This document shows positions 1 through 12,949 of a stretch of DNA of 64,000 bases, piece by piece. The DNA is from Gnetum montanum (taxonomy: Eukaryota > Plantae > Gnetophyta), in NCBI GenBank assembly GCA_015680685.1, contig MNCI01000909.1, positions 1 to 64,000 on the forward strand, given 5' to 3'. Under the pieces are notes generated by a model, which was given only the letters and a program-made list of their open reading frames with translations, did not search any database and had not been told where the DNA came from. Both the position numbers and the translations under genes were made by a program. Each line of letters opens with the position of its first letter. Position 1 is the first letter of the stretch.

Positions 1-2579
1 ATGATGCCCTCTAGGCCTACTGCTAAGCATGAAAACTCCTTATAGGCTACTCTTCCTATGAGCTAGTGTATGGAAAACTACCAACACTTCCTATTCAATT
101 CGAGCTATGTACACTTTCAATGGCCTATGACTTGGATCTTGACCTGAGTCTAGCACAAAGAGAATGATTGATCAACCTTAACATGCTAGATGAAAACTAA
201 TTAGTGGTCATATTCTTAAATGAAGTGCATAAGGCATTCAGCAAGCAATGACATGACCTAAGAATAAGGAAAGCCAAACTTCAAAGTAGAGATAAGGTCC
301 TCTACTGGAACCCCACACATGTTCCACAACAAACTAAGTTTTAAACATTGTGGGAGGGGCCTTATAAAATTGACAGAACCTTTCCTTTTGGGGCCATGAT
401 AATTGACAAACCTAAAAGTCCAAATAAGAAACAATTGGTTAACATTCAATAAATAAAACCTTTCCATGAACCTAAGTAAGCCAATGCAACGAATACCTCA
501 TTAGATGGACAACATTTCTCAATCTTTTGAATCTCCTCCTTTCAACATAGTCATGGGGGAGATGGGAATTTGTGCTAACCATTTATGTAGCTCCTTAGTT
601 TTTCTATTTTTTATTTTACACATAGTTTATTCTACACCTTTTTTATTTATAATTTTTTTCTATTTTACAACATTTTTTGTTTTACACCATCATTGGTACA
701 TTTGATTTTTCTTGAATATTTTATACTTTCTTTTATAATTTCCTTTGTTTTAGATGTGATTTTCTAGATATCTACTAATAAAGTGCTTTGTGCCAATAGG
801 ACATAGTGGTACTATAGCTATTATTAATGGTGGTTGGTACTTATTGTTCTTGATTGCTAATGTCAGGTTTCTATTTTTAAATTTTGCTATCGATAACTAA
901 GACATGGTTTCTTTTTCAATGAGTCCATGACATCCACCCATCCACAAACTCTATGGTTTTCCTTGTTTTGGAATTATGAGGTCCCTTTTCATTAAGAAAG
1001 CTTTAATGAACTTATGACCTTGGTAGTTTCCAAACTTGGAAAGGATTCAAGGCTTTGAATGGGGTGTGACTTCAAGGGGACTTAATACTCTTTATACCCT
1101 TCTACTTACTTGGATGCATTAGTGTTTTCATGTATTTCTTATTGTTCCATGTTGACCAATAATAGGAAGTTGAATAAGTCTTTGGATGGTGTGGTTTCTA
1201 TATAAAAAAATACAAAAAAACACAAAACAAAAAAAATGAAAAAAATGATGAAGAAAAAGAATGATGATAGAAATTCAAAGCACATCCCTTAGACAAAATA
1301 ACGGGCTACAAGCACTGATTATGAAACTAGAAAGATACGTTACCCATGCTTGAAGGTCCCCTCTAACTAAGGTTTTTTCTCACTTCTTGCTTCTCTTTTT
1401 TTCTCTATAAGGAATGGTGATTGATTTGTGAGAGCACTCTTGTGTATCAAGGGTTTGAATCGCTCTTAGAGTGGTGATGCAAAGTCAGGTTTTGGTCTGG
1501 ACTAAGGATGGATTTTATTAGACCATTTAACCATAAAAATTCATGAGGGACTTCATGTGACCTTAATCAAAAACTTCATTCCACTTTTTCTCTCATCCAT
1601 CTATGCTTTCCATCACTCACCTCATTTCCGAAGTCCATGTCTATGTTTGATGTCTTGCTTTAACATGCTTGAATTCTTAGGTTGATTCTTCCAGGTTTTG
1701 ATCCTTAAGTTATTATAACCATTAATCACCTATGGGGCCCATGGACTCCTTAGGTTGAGGTTATGCAAGGGCAAAAAAGACATGTGCCTGCTATGGAGAG
1801 GACCCACTTGCATATCTCTTGGTTGGATTAGTTAAGTACCTCATCCTTAGACATTCCCACAATCCAAACCCTCATGCATTCCATTCGATTCATCCAACTA
1901 TGCACTCCTTAAGGTAATTTCTTCAATGAACATATTCTTCACCTAATTTTTCAATTTTTGAGCTTTCAACGATCCTCTTTGATGATTTCATCAAATTCCT
2001 AGCTTTTTTGGGACTCCATGGATCCCACTTTCATTAGAAAACTCTGTGTATTTTTTATGAAATTCAAATTGAAAATTTTATTTTGCATCCTTCGTAAACG
2101 AGTACCCATTGATGGACCCCCTACATATAACACAAAAATAGTATATATATATACATGCACACACTTCAAATTTTTTACATTTCCTTTCAAATGCCAAAGG
2201 AGTATTTGTAGTTTTGAGAGCCCATAACCTTCCAAAAGCCATATTTTCCTAATCGTTTGTCCAAATCACTTCATTGTTTAACCCTATAGCTACCAGAGGT
2301 ATGCTATTAGTCATGAGGACCAGAAACTTGAAGTTTTGATAGAAAATTTTTCTAACTCCCATAAAGGTTTAACAAAAAAACCAACATGAAAACATCAAAT
2401 TATAAAATTTAAACCCTTCCAACTAGTTCTGATAACACTTTGAACTTAAAAATTAATAAAATAACCATTCTACCATGGTCCAACCTTAACCTAGGTGTAA
2501 CTAACTAACAACATGAGGTATCAAAACATTATATGTTACACATTATATATACTAATCCTTGGATGTGTTGTGACCATAG

Positions 2580-3262
2580 ATGGCATGAAAGGGGAAGCAC
2601 ACATGAGAAGGAGGACCATCACAACCATGGGACAAATGATCATGAATGGGAAGGGGCTAAGAACAGGCCCAAGAATAAGAAGCAGCAACCCATGCTATGG
2701 GACCTCTTAGGGAGGAGCCCAAAGTGGAATTTGTCTATTAGATTCCAAAACAAGTGGCTAGCTTGTACTTGTTATACGAGGCAAAATTCAAGCACCACAA
2801 GGACATAAAATAGAAGTTTGTAGTGGCAAACGTGGAACTCAAGGTTCTCAAGATGAAGTTCATTGATCAAGGATGAACTACTAAGAACCTAGCCAAGAGG
2901 ATGAATGACTACAAGGAGCTACAAAATGCTCTCAAGGTATTCAATATTGAGCGTAAGCAATTTGCTATCTAGTTTATCAATGTGAATGAGTTGTCCCTAG
3001 TAATGCCCTGTCTATGGGATATCCACATTCCAGCCCACATTAGTGATGCTGTATGGACTGTGAATGATCCCTAATGCAAGGAGGAGAAGATGAAGGCATC
3101 ATTGGATAACTTTCATCTTTCACTAAAAGTCATAGCTATAGTAAGATAGTCACAATTGCCTCCACCACCTCATGCATCCAAAGAAGGAGAAGATCCTTCA
3201 AAACCTTAGGAACCTTCATTGCCTTAGACCATTTGATCTTTTCAACCATCTTCACACTGTAA
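2580..3262 (+). pseudogene. Athila ORF2 (env-like/accessory) remnant with a ~2.2-kb internal deletion
   Basis: CTAAT...CCATAG|ATGGCA start matches copy 2 at 18906. Homology jumps from ~18760 to ~16580 of copy 2 at about 2720-2745. Confidence 0.75.
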
Positions 3263-3458
3263 GAGGATGCATTATCCAATTTTGTTCAATCAAGTTTTGG
3301 TGTTCAATTTTGTGTCATGAACACCACAATTTTGTAATCAATGTCAATCCATACACTTGGGCACTTAGTTTTTTCATGTCATGTGTCAATCAATAATCCC
3401 ATACCTTTCTAATTTTGTAAAGAACTTGAGAACAAGTTTTCATTCAATTGTGGGGGTA

Positions 3459-4324
3459 TGATGAAGTGTCTTCGATCAACTACATCAACGAGATATCATC
3501 GATGCAACCCCATCAACATAGAGTTGCCCACATTGACGTGTACCCATTGATGTGGTACCCTAGTATGTCTATAAATACAGCACCCTAGCTGTGTTAACTG
3601 GTGGTTTAAAATTTCAGTTGCTAGTGAAATTCTTACAGTTTGCTTTGATAGGAGATAGAATAATTTTCTGAGTACTTGCAGTAGGAGTTAAGGAGTGTAC
3701 AAATCTTTATTTGAGCACTGTTGTACCTGAGCACCATAGTGTGTGTGGCAATAAAGATGAGTTTTTTGATAAACCTTGCAACACTTCGACTAGCTTAATG
3801 ATTTATTTATGCACTTATTGTTTTCGTTGATTAAGTGATTAATTAAGCTAGAATGATTAAGACTTTAAGTAATTAATTAAGCTAAATAGACTAACACACA
3901 TAAGTATGACCACTTCAAGCATATGTATAACACTTGGTAATCCTAGTAGTGCTTAAAACTTGGTCACCTAGTAGTGTTGTATGTGTTCAAGATGTGTATA
4001 GAAAGTGGGACCAAATGCTTATGTTAAGATAGTTAATTATTAATTAGCAATTAAATTAGTTAATCAATTTATTCTCAATGTATTACCAACCTTAGGCAAA
4101 CAAAATATAAAATAATAAAAATCATGTGCCTCAATTGCACTTAACCATACAACTGAGCTTCACAAGTGTAGTTGGGGAAACAATGATTATTCCATAATTA
4201 GATTCACCTTCTAGAATAAATCTTGTGTACAAGAACACTAGAAATCCATAGAATTCAACTGAATCACTCATGAACACCTCAGTGATTTATATGGCTAGGT
4301 GTAGGGGCACCTCTTTGCTCACCA
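3459..4324 (+). repeat. 3' LTR of Athila copy 1
   Basis: PPT GTGGGGGTA (3450-3458) is followed by TGATG...GCTCACCA. Homologous to the LTRs at 14968-15827 and 27359-28213. Confidence 0.9.
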
Positions 4325-5469
4325 AATGGTTTCATGTTGGAGTTCTATGAGTTAATAAATGAAATAGGCAAGATCAGATTCTTTATTCTAATCCTAGGTA
4401 GGTTTGCAAATTGGTGAAATAAACAACACTTCAAAAAATGTAAAAGAGAAAAAATAAGTCTATTTGAATAGTACCAAGAAAGCCTTAATTCAAAGGAAAT
4501 CTATTTATCTACTGTTATTCCTCAACATTTGTAATAAACAATTAATAAAGAATAATAAGATTTCATTATCTAAGACTTACAATAAATATGTCCCAAAATC
4601 CATTATCAAGATAAACACCACATTTTTCTAAAATGTCATACATTTAAGCATATTAGACATAAGTGGGATATTATAGTTGTAAATTTGATTGATTTATTCT
4701 AAATATTATCAAAAACACAAATACTTGGTAATTTTCTCAATAATGTTTTTAAAACTCATACCATGTACATTTCTAGTGTCAAATAGATCCAAACGGTTTA
4801 TTGTTGTACATTTCTAAAAATAAATATTAAAATTAATATCTTGGAATGTAGATCATTTTTAAATTAATGAAACTATAACTAAAATTGACACAAATAATAC
4901 TTTCTAAATATTGATTTTTAAAAATTGAATATGTAGATATTTGAATCTTAGCCTTATTTAATTAAATTACATTTAACAATATAGAGTGTTATCTTGGTGA
5001 TAAGACTCTTGATTTGGAAATTCTAATTATTAGTTAGATTCATATCTACCTCTATATATGATCATCTAATCATCTAGTTCTAATTTGGATAATTACCTTC
5101 TTGAATCTCATTTACTTTAAACTTATACAGGACATTGACTTGCAACAACTTAGTAATTTAAATGTACTGTAAGAAAATAATTGTGCAGATGGGGCACAAG
5201 TAATTAAAGTATAGAATGCAAAAGCAAATGACACAAGAAATTCACATGCATAAATAACTAAAAATGCACAATTCTTGAGCAAATGTGACCTCCAACCATT
5301 GATGCCTCAGTTTAAATTTGGCGTTCTAATTCTTCTTTCAACAGGCGCTTTTCATCTATGAAAGGGACCAGAATTGCAATCCTGCTATGATTCGTGGTGA
5401 CTTTATACTCTCATCAAGAACGAATTTATAGACCATGGAATCGGTTACCATAAGAGACCCAATGCCAAT

Positions 5470-5640
5470 GCGTAAAAAACGTGTTACTAAATATGGAGAC
5501 CATGATATGTTAACCAACTCATAAAAACGTGTTAGTGGGTATGGTGCCACTTTTATGCATTAACTAATCCATAAAAATGCATTAGTGGGCATGGTCCACT
5601 TTCATGCATTAAATAACCCATAAAATGCATTAGTGGGTAA
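5470..5640. repeat. Degenerate tandem repeat, ~48-bp unit, ~3.5 copies
   Basis: Recurring ATAAAA(A)YGYRTTAGTGGGYATGG..CCACTTT.ATGCATTAA unit. Confidence 0.75.
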
Positions 5641-8103
5641 AGCATGCTACATGTACAACATAAACTATTATGTTGAACCGTTTTATTACTTTTCTCAATC
5701 ATTCACAAATTATTCTTATCATTTTACAATTCACCTGCCAGTGTTTTTGGAGAGAAGCGGCTCAACCCTTCAAAAAGTGTTTGGTCGGGTTTCAGCTTTA
5801 TATGAATTAGGAAATACGAAAGCAACTGTCCACAATTTAGCCTGTAACATAAAATAATTGCTAAGAAGCAAAATAAAAATAAAATTCCCAGTGTTACTGA
5901 AATCCTAAGTGGCGGCTATCCTGGATATAATTATTAGCTCATGATGGCCAAGAAATCTTTGCAGTATAAGAGACTATCATTCCAAACATAGTTAGTAGGC
6001 GGCATTTAATTAAAAAACGTATTTATACATCTTGACCAGTTAGCATAGTTATAACAACAGTTCAAGAATACGTAAATCACACTTCTACCTCTGCAATCAA
6101 TAAAGAAAATTGAAATGGATTAAACTTTAAAGAATTATACATTGCATTACAAGTATTATGATAAAATAATATTTCTCACCTATTGAAGAAGTTATAAGAA
6201 GAGGCACAAATGCTTAAAAACTGAAAATGATATATGTTCACTGTTCATATTTTTATTTTCAAAAATTCAACACACAGAGTAACCAGAAAAAGCCATTGTA
6301 AATAAGAAAGAAACCCTAATAAATTTGTTTCAAACTTCAGGTTACAATACAAAGACAGAAGAAAAAACACTTCCATAATAAGATACCCTGCTCAGTTACA
6401 CTGCGTGTGAGAAGTTGTCTATGCACACAGAAACCCTAATTCAAAATAATTATATTGTTAGCTTTGAAACAAGTTGATTAATTTTTCAATAAAAAATGAT
6501 ATATTGATAATAAGATCTTGGACTAGCAAAGCACGTATATTCTCTTTGGTCAGGCTTTTATAAACGGAACGTCATAAAACATAATCACCAGCAAGTTGCA
6601 GATCCTACTCATACATGCAGGATTTCAAAGCCAGTATGCCAACAAACACTTTGAGAAAAAAGAAGAAGCAGAGCATGCTTTAAAATTCAAGCATGAAATG
6701 ATGAAAGAATAAACAAGATAACCACTTCTCTTCTTCAATCAAACACATAAAACAAATGGTTTTTAATCGATTGGATTTTAAAGCTAAGGAAAACCCTAAA
6801 AACATGAATGCAAAGAAAAACCGACTGATTTGGTGAGAGATCTACACACAGCAGTTCTCGGCCCCACCCACATATGATGAAACTTCATTGAACGAAATAA
6901 ATCAGAGCTGCAAAGGTTGGAAACACTTTTACACACAAACTCTTAAAATTCTTAGATTTACTGGGGAAACATAAAAGATAAAGATTCAGCTAGCGCATGC
7001 AGCACATTGAACAAGAGAAGCAGAGACAGACAGACAGCAGTGACATGATTGAAGAGAAATACCCAAATCAACGCTGTGCAGTCACATGCTGATGGGGTAA
7101 GCGTGCCAGACAAATATTGCTGGACACACTGTGACAGCACTATGGCTTCGCCACAAAACAAAATGGAATGGCATGGCTTGATTGGCTTCATCAGAACGTC
7201 AAATCATTGATTGAATAATTGCATTACATTACATTACATTATATTCCACGTTGCGTTGTATTGCTTCAAGTTTCTTTCATTTTGGGTTGCTACAATTCTA
7301 ATTTTGTGTTTTGTCTGAGCTTTTATCAGCGCTCTGCAGTTTGCACTAGCCGGATAAGACTCGAGGGACACTTGCGCCCTATATTTAATTTACAGCCAAA
7401 CCGTACCTGCTACTGGTCGACAAGCTACGACCCTACTACTTACTCCTTTTGTCGTGATAAGAAAGAGTTACATCGTACATGAGAAAATTCCAAAAATATT
7501 AAGTTCGCATAAGCTATTGTTAAAAAAAATTAAAAAAACAAGTAAGCTAGATATGGAAAATAACAGATACCTGTGAGATAGATAGATGGTACAGAGTATT
7601 GAAAGAAAAATGGTGTAGCCAACCTCATATTATTGAGCCAGCGATGGTGAAAATGATGAATAATATATACGTCCGTGAAATGAGTATTCCATCACGCATT
7701 CACGAGGAAATCGTTCTAGATTCAGAGCCTCTGGTTAAAATCTCAACCGTTGACAAACTTAAATTAATCTTCGTACCAAATTTGAAATTCATTTTTGTGT
7801 TTTCAATCGTACATCGATGCTTGAAACGTTTGATAAAATTGTTGAGCTTATCCAGTTGAACCTGAAAGGTTACTGCGTGGAAATGGCAGAAGAAGGTACG
7901 CTTCTGTTTTTGCAGACAAGCTGTCATTGCCTCACAGCCACAGCCACACCAACTTTATTTAATTTCTTTTATGACAGGACGCATGATGAATGACGCATCC
8001 ATGTGAAGAAACATGGCAGTCGCTGTGGAAAATCCTGCAATATACCACAGTGTCAGCATTCATGTCAGAAACCAACTAACCAAGCCCAACGCTTACATTT
8101 CGC

Positions 8104-8110
8104 TATATAA
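8104..8110 (+). promoter_or_regulatory. TATA box of the SOFL/HLH gene
   Basis: TATATAA lies ~50 nt upstream of the ATG and is followed by a pyrimidine-rich leader. Confidence 0.6.
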
Positions 8111-8159
8111 TATATCTTAGCTTTCTTTCCTCCCAAGCGTAAGGTCGCTCAATGGTGGT

Positions 8160-8900
8160 ATGGATTTCAACAGAATTGTTAGCGATCAAACTATTCAGCA
8201 GCAGCCGCATGCGACAACAGCAGAAGCAGCATCAGCATCAGCCAAAGGCTCCGCCTCTGAATGGGCTTCTTACATTTCATCTGCAACTAAAAGAGAGAGC
8301 CACCATGACCAGGATTCTGTAATAACAGACGCCTCATCTCCTGATGCTGTTCTTTCCTCTTCACAAAAAATTCTTCAAAGAAAGAGACCTCCCTCCTTAT
8401 CAGAGGTAGTGAAGGGACTTTGTTTTGGGTTCTTTTATTCCCTAAGCTGCCAATTGTAAAACGGAGTAGCTTGTCATACTGATCAGTTGTTTGTGTTGGC
8501 TGCAGGACACAGAGGTGGAAACCCGGTTAGAAATACTAAAATCTCTTCTTCCCATTGCACGCGAAGTAATGCCATAACACCCTCATCACACTGAATGGCT
8601 ATTGTTTCATCCTCTATGTTTTCTAGCTAAATTATCTTATCATACATAATTAAAAATAACTTTTTTTTTATTTTGTTTTTTCAGATGAGAGATGAAGATG
8701 TTTTGGAGGCTGCCATTTTATATATCAGATTCATGAAGGTTGGCCATGGGCAGTAGTTTAGAACAACATTTAACCGTACACCCGAAATTTGGTGCATGGG
8801 TGATAACACATACTGCAAATAATTCATGTTTCTTGACAGATACGCTTTGTTGCAGGTACATGCGAGGATAATGTTGTATCGGCTCTTCATGAATAGTTAA
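8160..8900 (+). CDS. 134-aa protein with SOFL/VUP1-like N-terminal motifs and an atypical (non-basic) HLH domain; exons 8160-8405, 8506-8565, 8685-8738, 8856-8900
   Basis: Three phase-0 GT-AG introns with polypyrimidine tracts give an uninterrupted ORF. It contains SEWASYI and DSVITDASSP, then EVETRLEILKSLLPIARE|MRDEDVLEAAILYIRFMK|VHARIM. The main ATG has good context and the region retains CpG. Confidence 0.85.
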
Positions 8901-9840
8901 GAAAAGAGTAGTAAATAAGTCGGTGGGTATCTGCAAGTTGAAGATGTTAGCCAGGATTTGCTATTCCTGATATGTTTGATGTACGTCTGTAGCTCTAGTA
9001 AGGTTTCAGAAAAGCCCACGTGTCCTCTCCCCATGCTTTTGCTTCTCGGGTAGTGCTTTGGAAACTGGAAAGTGGAAACATAACATGAGCAACATTGTAT
9101 CTGGCCCTGGATTTTTTAATGTATTGCTATGCTCCCACAAAGAGCTGGATTAAATATAATACATGGGCATTTCTGAAAGACGGATGCGTTTAAGTTTGAA
9201 TTGAATAGACGTTTCGGGTTCTGAAAACCTGCTTTGGCTCCTTGTGGTAATTTTTCAACCGTCACCTTGCATTTGCTCGTTGGGTTTTACGTTTTTCCCA
9301 AGGGTGATGCATGAATAACTTAGCTGTTTTTAAGGATGAGGAATTGGAGGTTCATTCGCTTCATTACTTAAAATGGGTAGTTTTTTTACTTCTTTGACGG
9401 TGGCAGAAGGTAGGTTCATTTCAATTTCAGTGTTCAAACCATAGTAACTTTGAGATGCATAATGCGTAATGGAGTGAAAAACCAAAACAAAGTTATGATT
9501 ACGATATTTGACATAATATCATATATAATGGAAAAAAGATTAAAACAAGGAATATGTAATACGGAAGAAAATCTTTTTAATGTGAAGGGAAAACATTTAC
9601 GGATAAGGCAAGGAATTTTATTTGGAGGGAAGCAATGATTACAAAGCTTCTCTCTTATTGGTTCTCTCCGCATTTGATTGATCGCAAGCTCACATCAAGC
9701 CTAAGTTTAGAGCATAGTTAACGTAGGAGAGACACAAGTTAAACATTAACTTAAATAGCAATATATATATTAATTCTCAAAATAAAAGGAACATTATAAA
9801 GAGAATATAAAAAACACTAATAACTTTTTGTCTACTCAAC

Positions 9841-10150
9841 AATCTTTACTCGCACAACAAACTTACTTCACGTTCGCAAAGATTTTCATTAACTTTTATA
9901 CAAGACCAAAAAATCAAACTACCATTTGAACTTTTTCAAGAGTACCAACTTTGTTAACATATCTATACAATTGTATAAAGTTTCTCTTCCAACGGTGTGT
10001 AACTTCTTCTATAACATGTCTTACTAAATGATATTTAGTGCCAATATGCTTTATTGTATTAAGATGAATAGAATTTTTGGCTAAATATTTGATACTTTGA
10101 TTGTCACAAAATATATATATACATTTTATTTTCCACGACCAACTCATCCA
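9841..10150 (-). mobile_element. Ty1/copia remnant (RNase H C-terminus to PPT/LTR junction)
   Basis: ORF 9914-10147 contains CDNQSIKYLAKNSIHLNTIKHIGTKYHLVR, matching the copia RNase H motif CDNQSA..LAKN..H...KHI..YH..R. Confidence 0.8.
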
Positions 10151-11160
10151 ATATACCCTACAACCAAATGGCTATTTTTGGCAACATCTTGTATTTTTGG
10201 CAACATCTTGTACTTTGTGGGGATGTGCTAAAATTAGATCATATAAATGTAAAAATATCTTAAAGACTTGGTTGGTATTTTTAAGAAACCTTCCCTACTA
10301 TTTCATTTTTAAAAAATGAGTAAATGTTAACCAATTTGAGTGTTTTATTTAAAACAAAAGTTAGAAAATTTTATGACTCTTAGATTATTTGGGCACTACT
10401 ACAAAGGTCTACAAAAGAAAAATAACAACTTACCTTTCAAGAGGAGGGATTATTACATATAAGACTCAAAGTAATGGTAACACAAAGGGTCATTAATTAG
10501 CATTACAATACAGGATAACACTACATCATATAGAAGCATTTGGATTCCATGTTGTTACCTTTCCACTTAAGCTTTGTGTCTTTGTCTCAAAATCTTTTCT
10601 CTCATGCTATGAGAACTAAATTCACTAGCTCTTAGACTATTAAGCTAATGGTAAAAAGGAGGTGTTTGTGCCAACACTCCCATGCTAGCACATTAATCAA
10701 AGGAGTTAGGGTGTGAAATGATTGAAAGTTGGTATTCTCAAACACTTGCTATGGTACCATCTCCCTACCAACAACTATCGATTATTTAGCTTCCAGGGAG
10801 TTTCTTAGTTTGTAACTATTACTGCCCATTTATGGTGGTCATCCATGCCATCGTTCCTCTACAAGTTTTCCCATTTTTCCTACCTTCCACATAGATGCAA
10901 ACATTGCTTGCCACAACAATGAAATTTTAGCTACAATTTTTGTTTCCCTACATAATTTAAAACCACATGATCAATATATGGCTAATCTACAAATGATGCA
11001 CAAAAGAAATTTGCACCTTTCCCTATCCATCTTTACTATGAATGAAGGCATGCTTGGTCAATTTTGGTGTGGAAGAGACACCAAGGATTGTAATGGAAAA
11101 TTATAGGAAATCTTCCAAAGCCTTCTCTATGACTTCGATGAAAATGGTGGTGACGTGAGC

Positions 11161-12008
11161 TGTGATAGGTTCTCTTTGCTCTTAGTGACTTGCACTAAAA
11201 AAAGGCTATAAAAGACTACAAAATTTGCAACTACTTCTCTAATCTTTACTGAAATAGGTCTATCTTTTTGCTAGAAAAATATCTTTTGTTTATCAAATAG
11301 ATCTACCAAAAGGTCCTCAAAATTGTGCCGAATTTGGCTTAAATAGACTCTGAATTCATTACTCTTGTGTTGGTTACATTTCCATGTGCTTTCTAGAACA
11401 TTGCATAACGTATTTGGATTATTTTTAAGGCCAAAAAGTATAGTGTATGGGTCACTAGTGTCTTTGACTTTTTACAACACATTTGGTAGCATTTATAGAC
11501 TTATTTTATGGCCCAAAATTATTGCATATGGGACACTAGAAATTTTAACTTTTTGTGCTATAATTGGTAGCATATCTATTATTTTACCTCTAATATGATA
11601 GCATCATGAAATTCATAGCTAGTGGGCCTTGAATTTCATTTTACATATTAAAAACTAGTCTAGAATTTGGCTAAAAAAAGATCACAGGGTTACATTTTTG
11701 AAGGGAAATCAATGCATTTGTATTTGCTCTTAAATTCAATCAAATTAGCTGGTAAGAATTTGATTACCAAACTTCTTGTTTGTAACATGAATTTTCCTTG
11801 AGATGTTTCATTGGACCCTCTTTGTTGATGTTTTGAGAATCGATCTAAAAGATATATTAAAAAATATGAAACATCACTACAAATTCATCATTAATGCTCC
11901 CTCTTCATATTTTATTTTGTAGCTGTTGAATCTTTCCAAGGAGTATTTGCAATGGTGAAATAGGATCAAAATGGGATGTCAAAAATTTTGGGTGAGATAA
12001 TGGCTACA
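11161..12008 (-). repeat. 3' LTR of element A (left end truncated)
   Basis: PPT-like AAAGGGCTAA then TGTAGCC on the minus strand at 12008. 11161-11420 is clearly homologous to 48150-48400. Confidence 0.65.
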
Positions 12009-12949
12009 TTAGCCCTTTGAATGTTTACATGAGCTAACAAAGAGTTTCAAATGTGTTGACATCAAGCCTATAGTATAATAGTTACAGGTTTTACTAGATG
12101 ATGAGGTATTCATACTTTGTGCTTGAATTGTTGGTCACATGTCTTAATATTTGATAAAAATAGTACTGTAAAATTAGCTACTTTGACCACTTGGCTATTT
12201 TTTTAGTCCATTAATTTGTTGAACTTTAGGCTACATTGGTCTCTTAGCTTTTATGACATTTTCTTCCTCTTTCGCTCTATTTTTGGGAGTAAAATCTTCT
12301 TTAGCTTCCATTGGCAAGGTTGAATTTTTGTTTCATTTTGTCTTTGAATGAGGGGTTTGAAGATTTAGCAAAGTTGATTAAAGAATCATGTAGAGGAAGA
12401 TATCACATGGCCATGGTTTATGAATGTTAAATAATATGTTTTCATCATTAGCAAGGTAAAGAGGGTTTAAGTTTGGTTATGAGGTCATAGCTTAGAAGAA
12501 GTAATGGAAGTGATGTGGGGTAAGCACTATTGGTAAGGTTGACAAAGTTAGTTAAATTGTATGTATTATGATTACATTGTAACTCATTGCTACAATGAGT
12601 TATACCTTTGTGATGACTTCACACTCATCCTACAAGCATAACTCTAAGAGGTCAAGAAAATAAGTTAAAGAATAGATGCGATCACAAGAGGTTACATGAC
12701 TCTACGAGAAATTATAGGCCACCATTAACTATAATTGGTATAATATGAAAGCTCTATGTCTTGATTTGAATATTCATAAAAAGTTTACAATATTTTGAGA
12801 TTCCAAAAAGATAGGAGGTCATGTAGGCTTACTTGTTGTATGCTACTAGAGTGGCCAACACCATTTATTTATCCAAACCTATGAATAAAGATAAACAAAG
12901 GTTACAAGAAAATATGTCAACATTAGATATAATAAGGTTTGAGATAGGA

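Larger units (their letters stand above)
1..4324 (+). mobile_element. Athila-type Ty3/gypsy element, 3' part (integrase C-terminus, spacer, internally deleted ORF2, PPT, 3' LTR); 5' part outside the window
   Basis: 1-~480 translates (with stops) as DAL*AY..KTPIGYSSYELVYGK..LPIQFE, a gypsy integrase C-terminus. The region is colinear with the reverse complement of ~14968-21530. Confidence 0.9.

Noticed and set aside
505-705. Hydrophobic transmembrane-like ORFs (also 20753-21068 and 43848-44159)
   Set aside because: They are translations of T-rich non-coding TE spacers.
6851-6911. Possible C/D snoRNA (ATGATGA inside a terminal stem); similar C-box-like words at ~7652 and ~7983
   Set aside because: No properly placed CTGA D box and no recognisable rRNA guide.
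6958-7927. Short ORFs upstream of the HLH gene
   Set aside because: No recognisable domain or supporting exon structure; likely promoter or non-coding DNA.
10340-11160. Possible additional TE coding remnant
   Set aside because: Too degenerate to assign to any family by eye.
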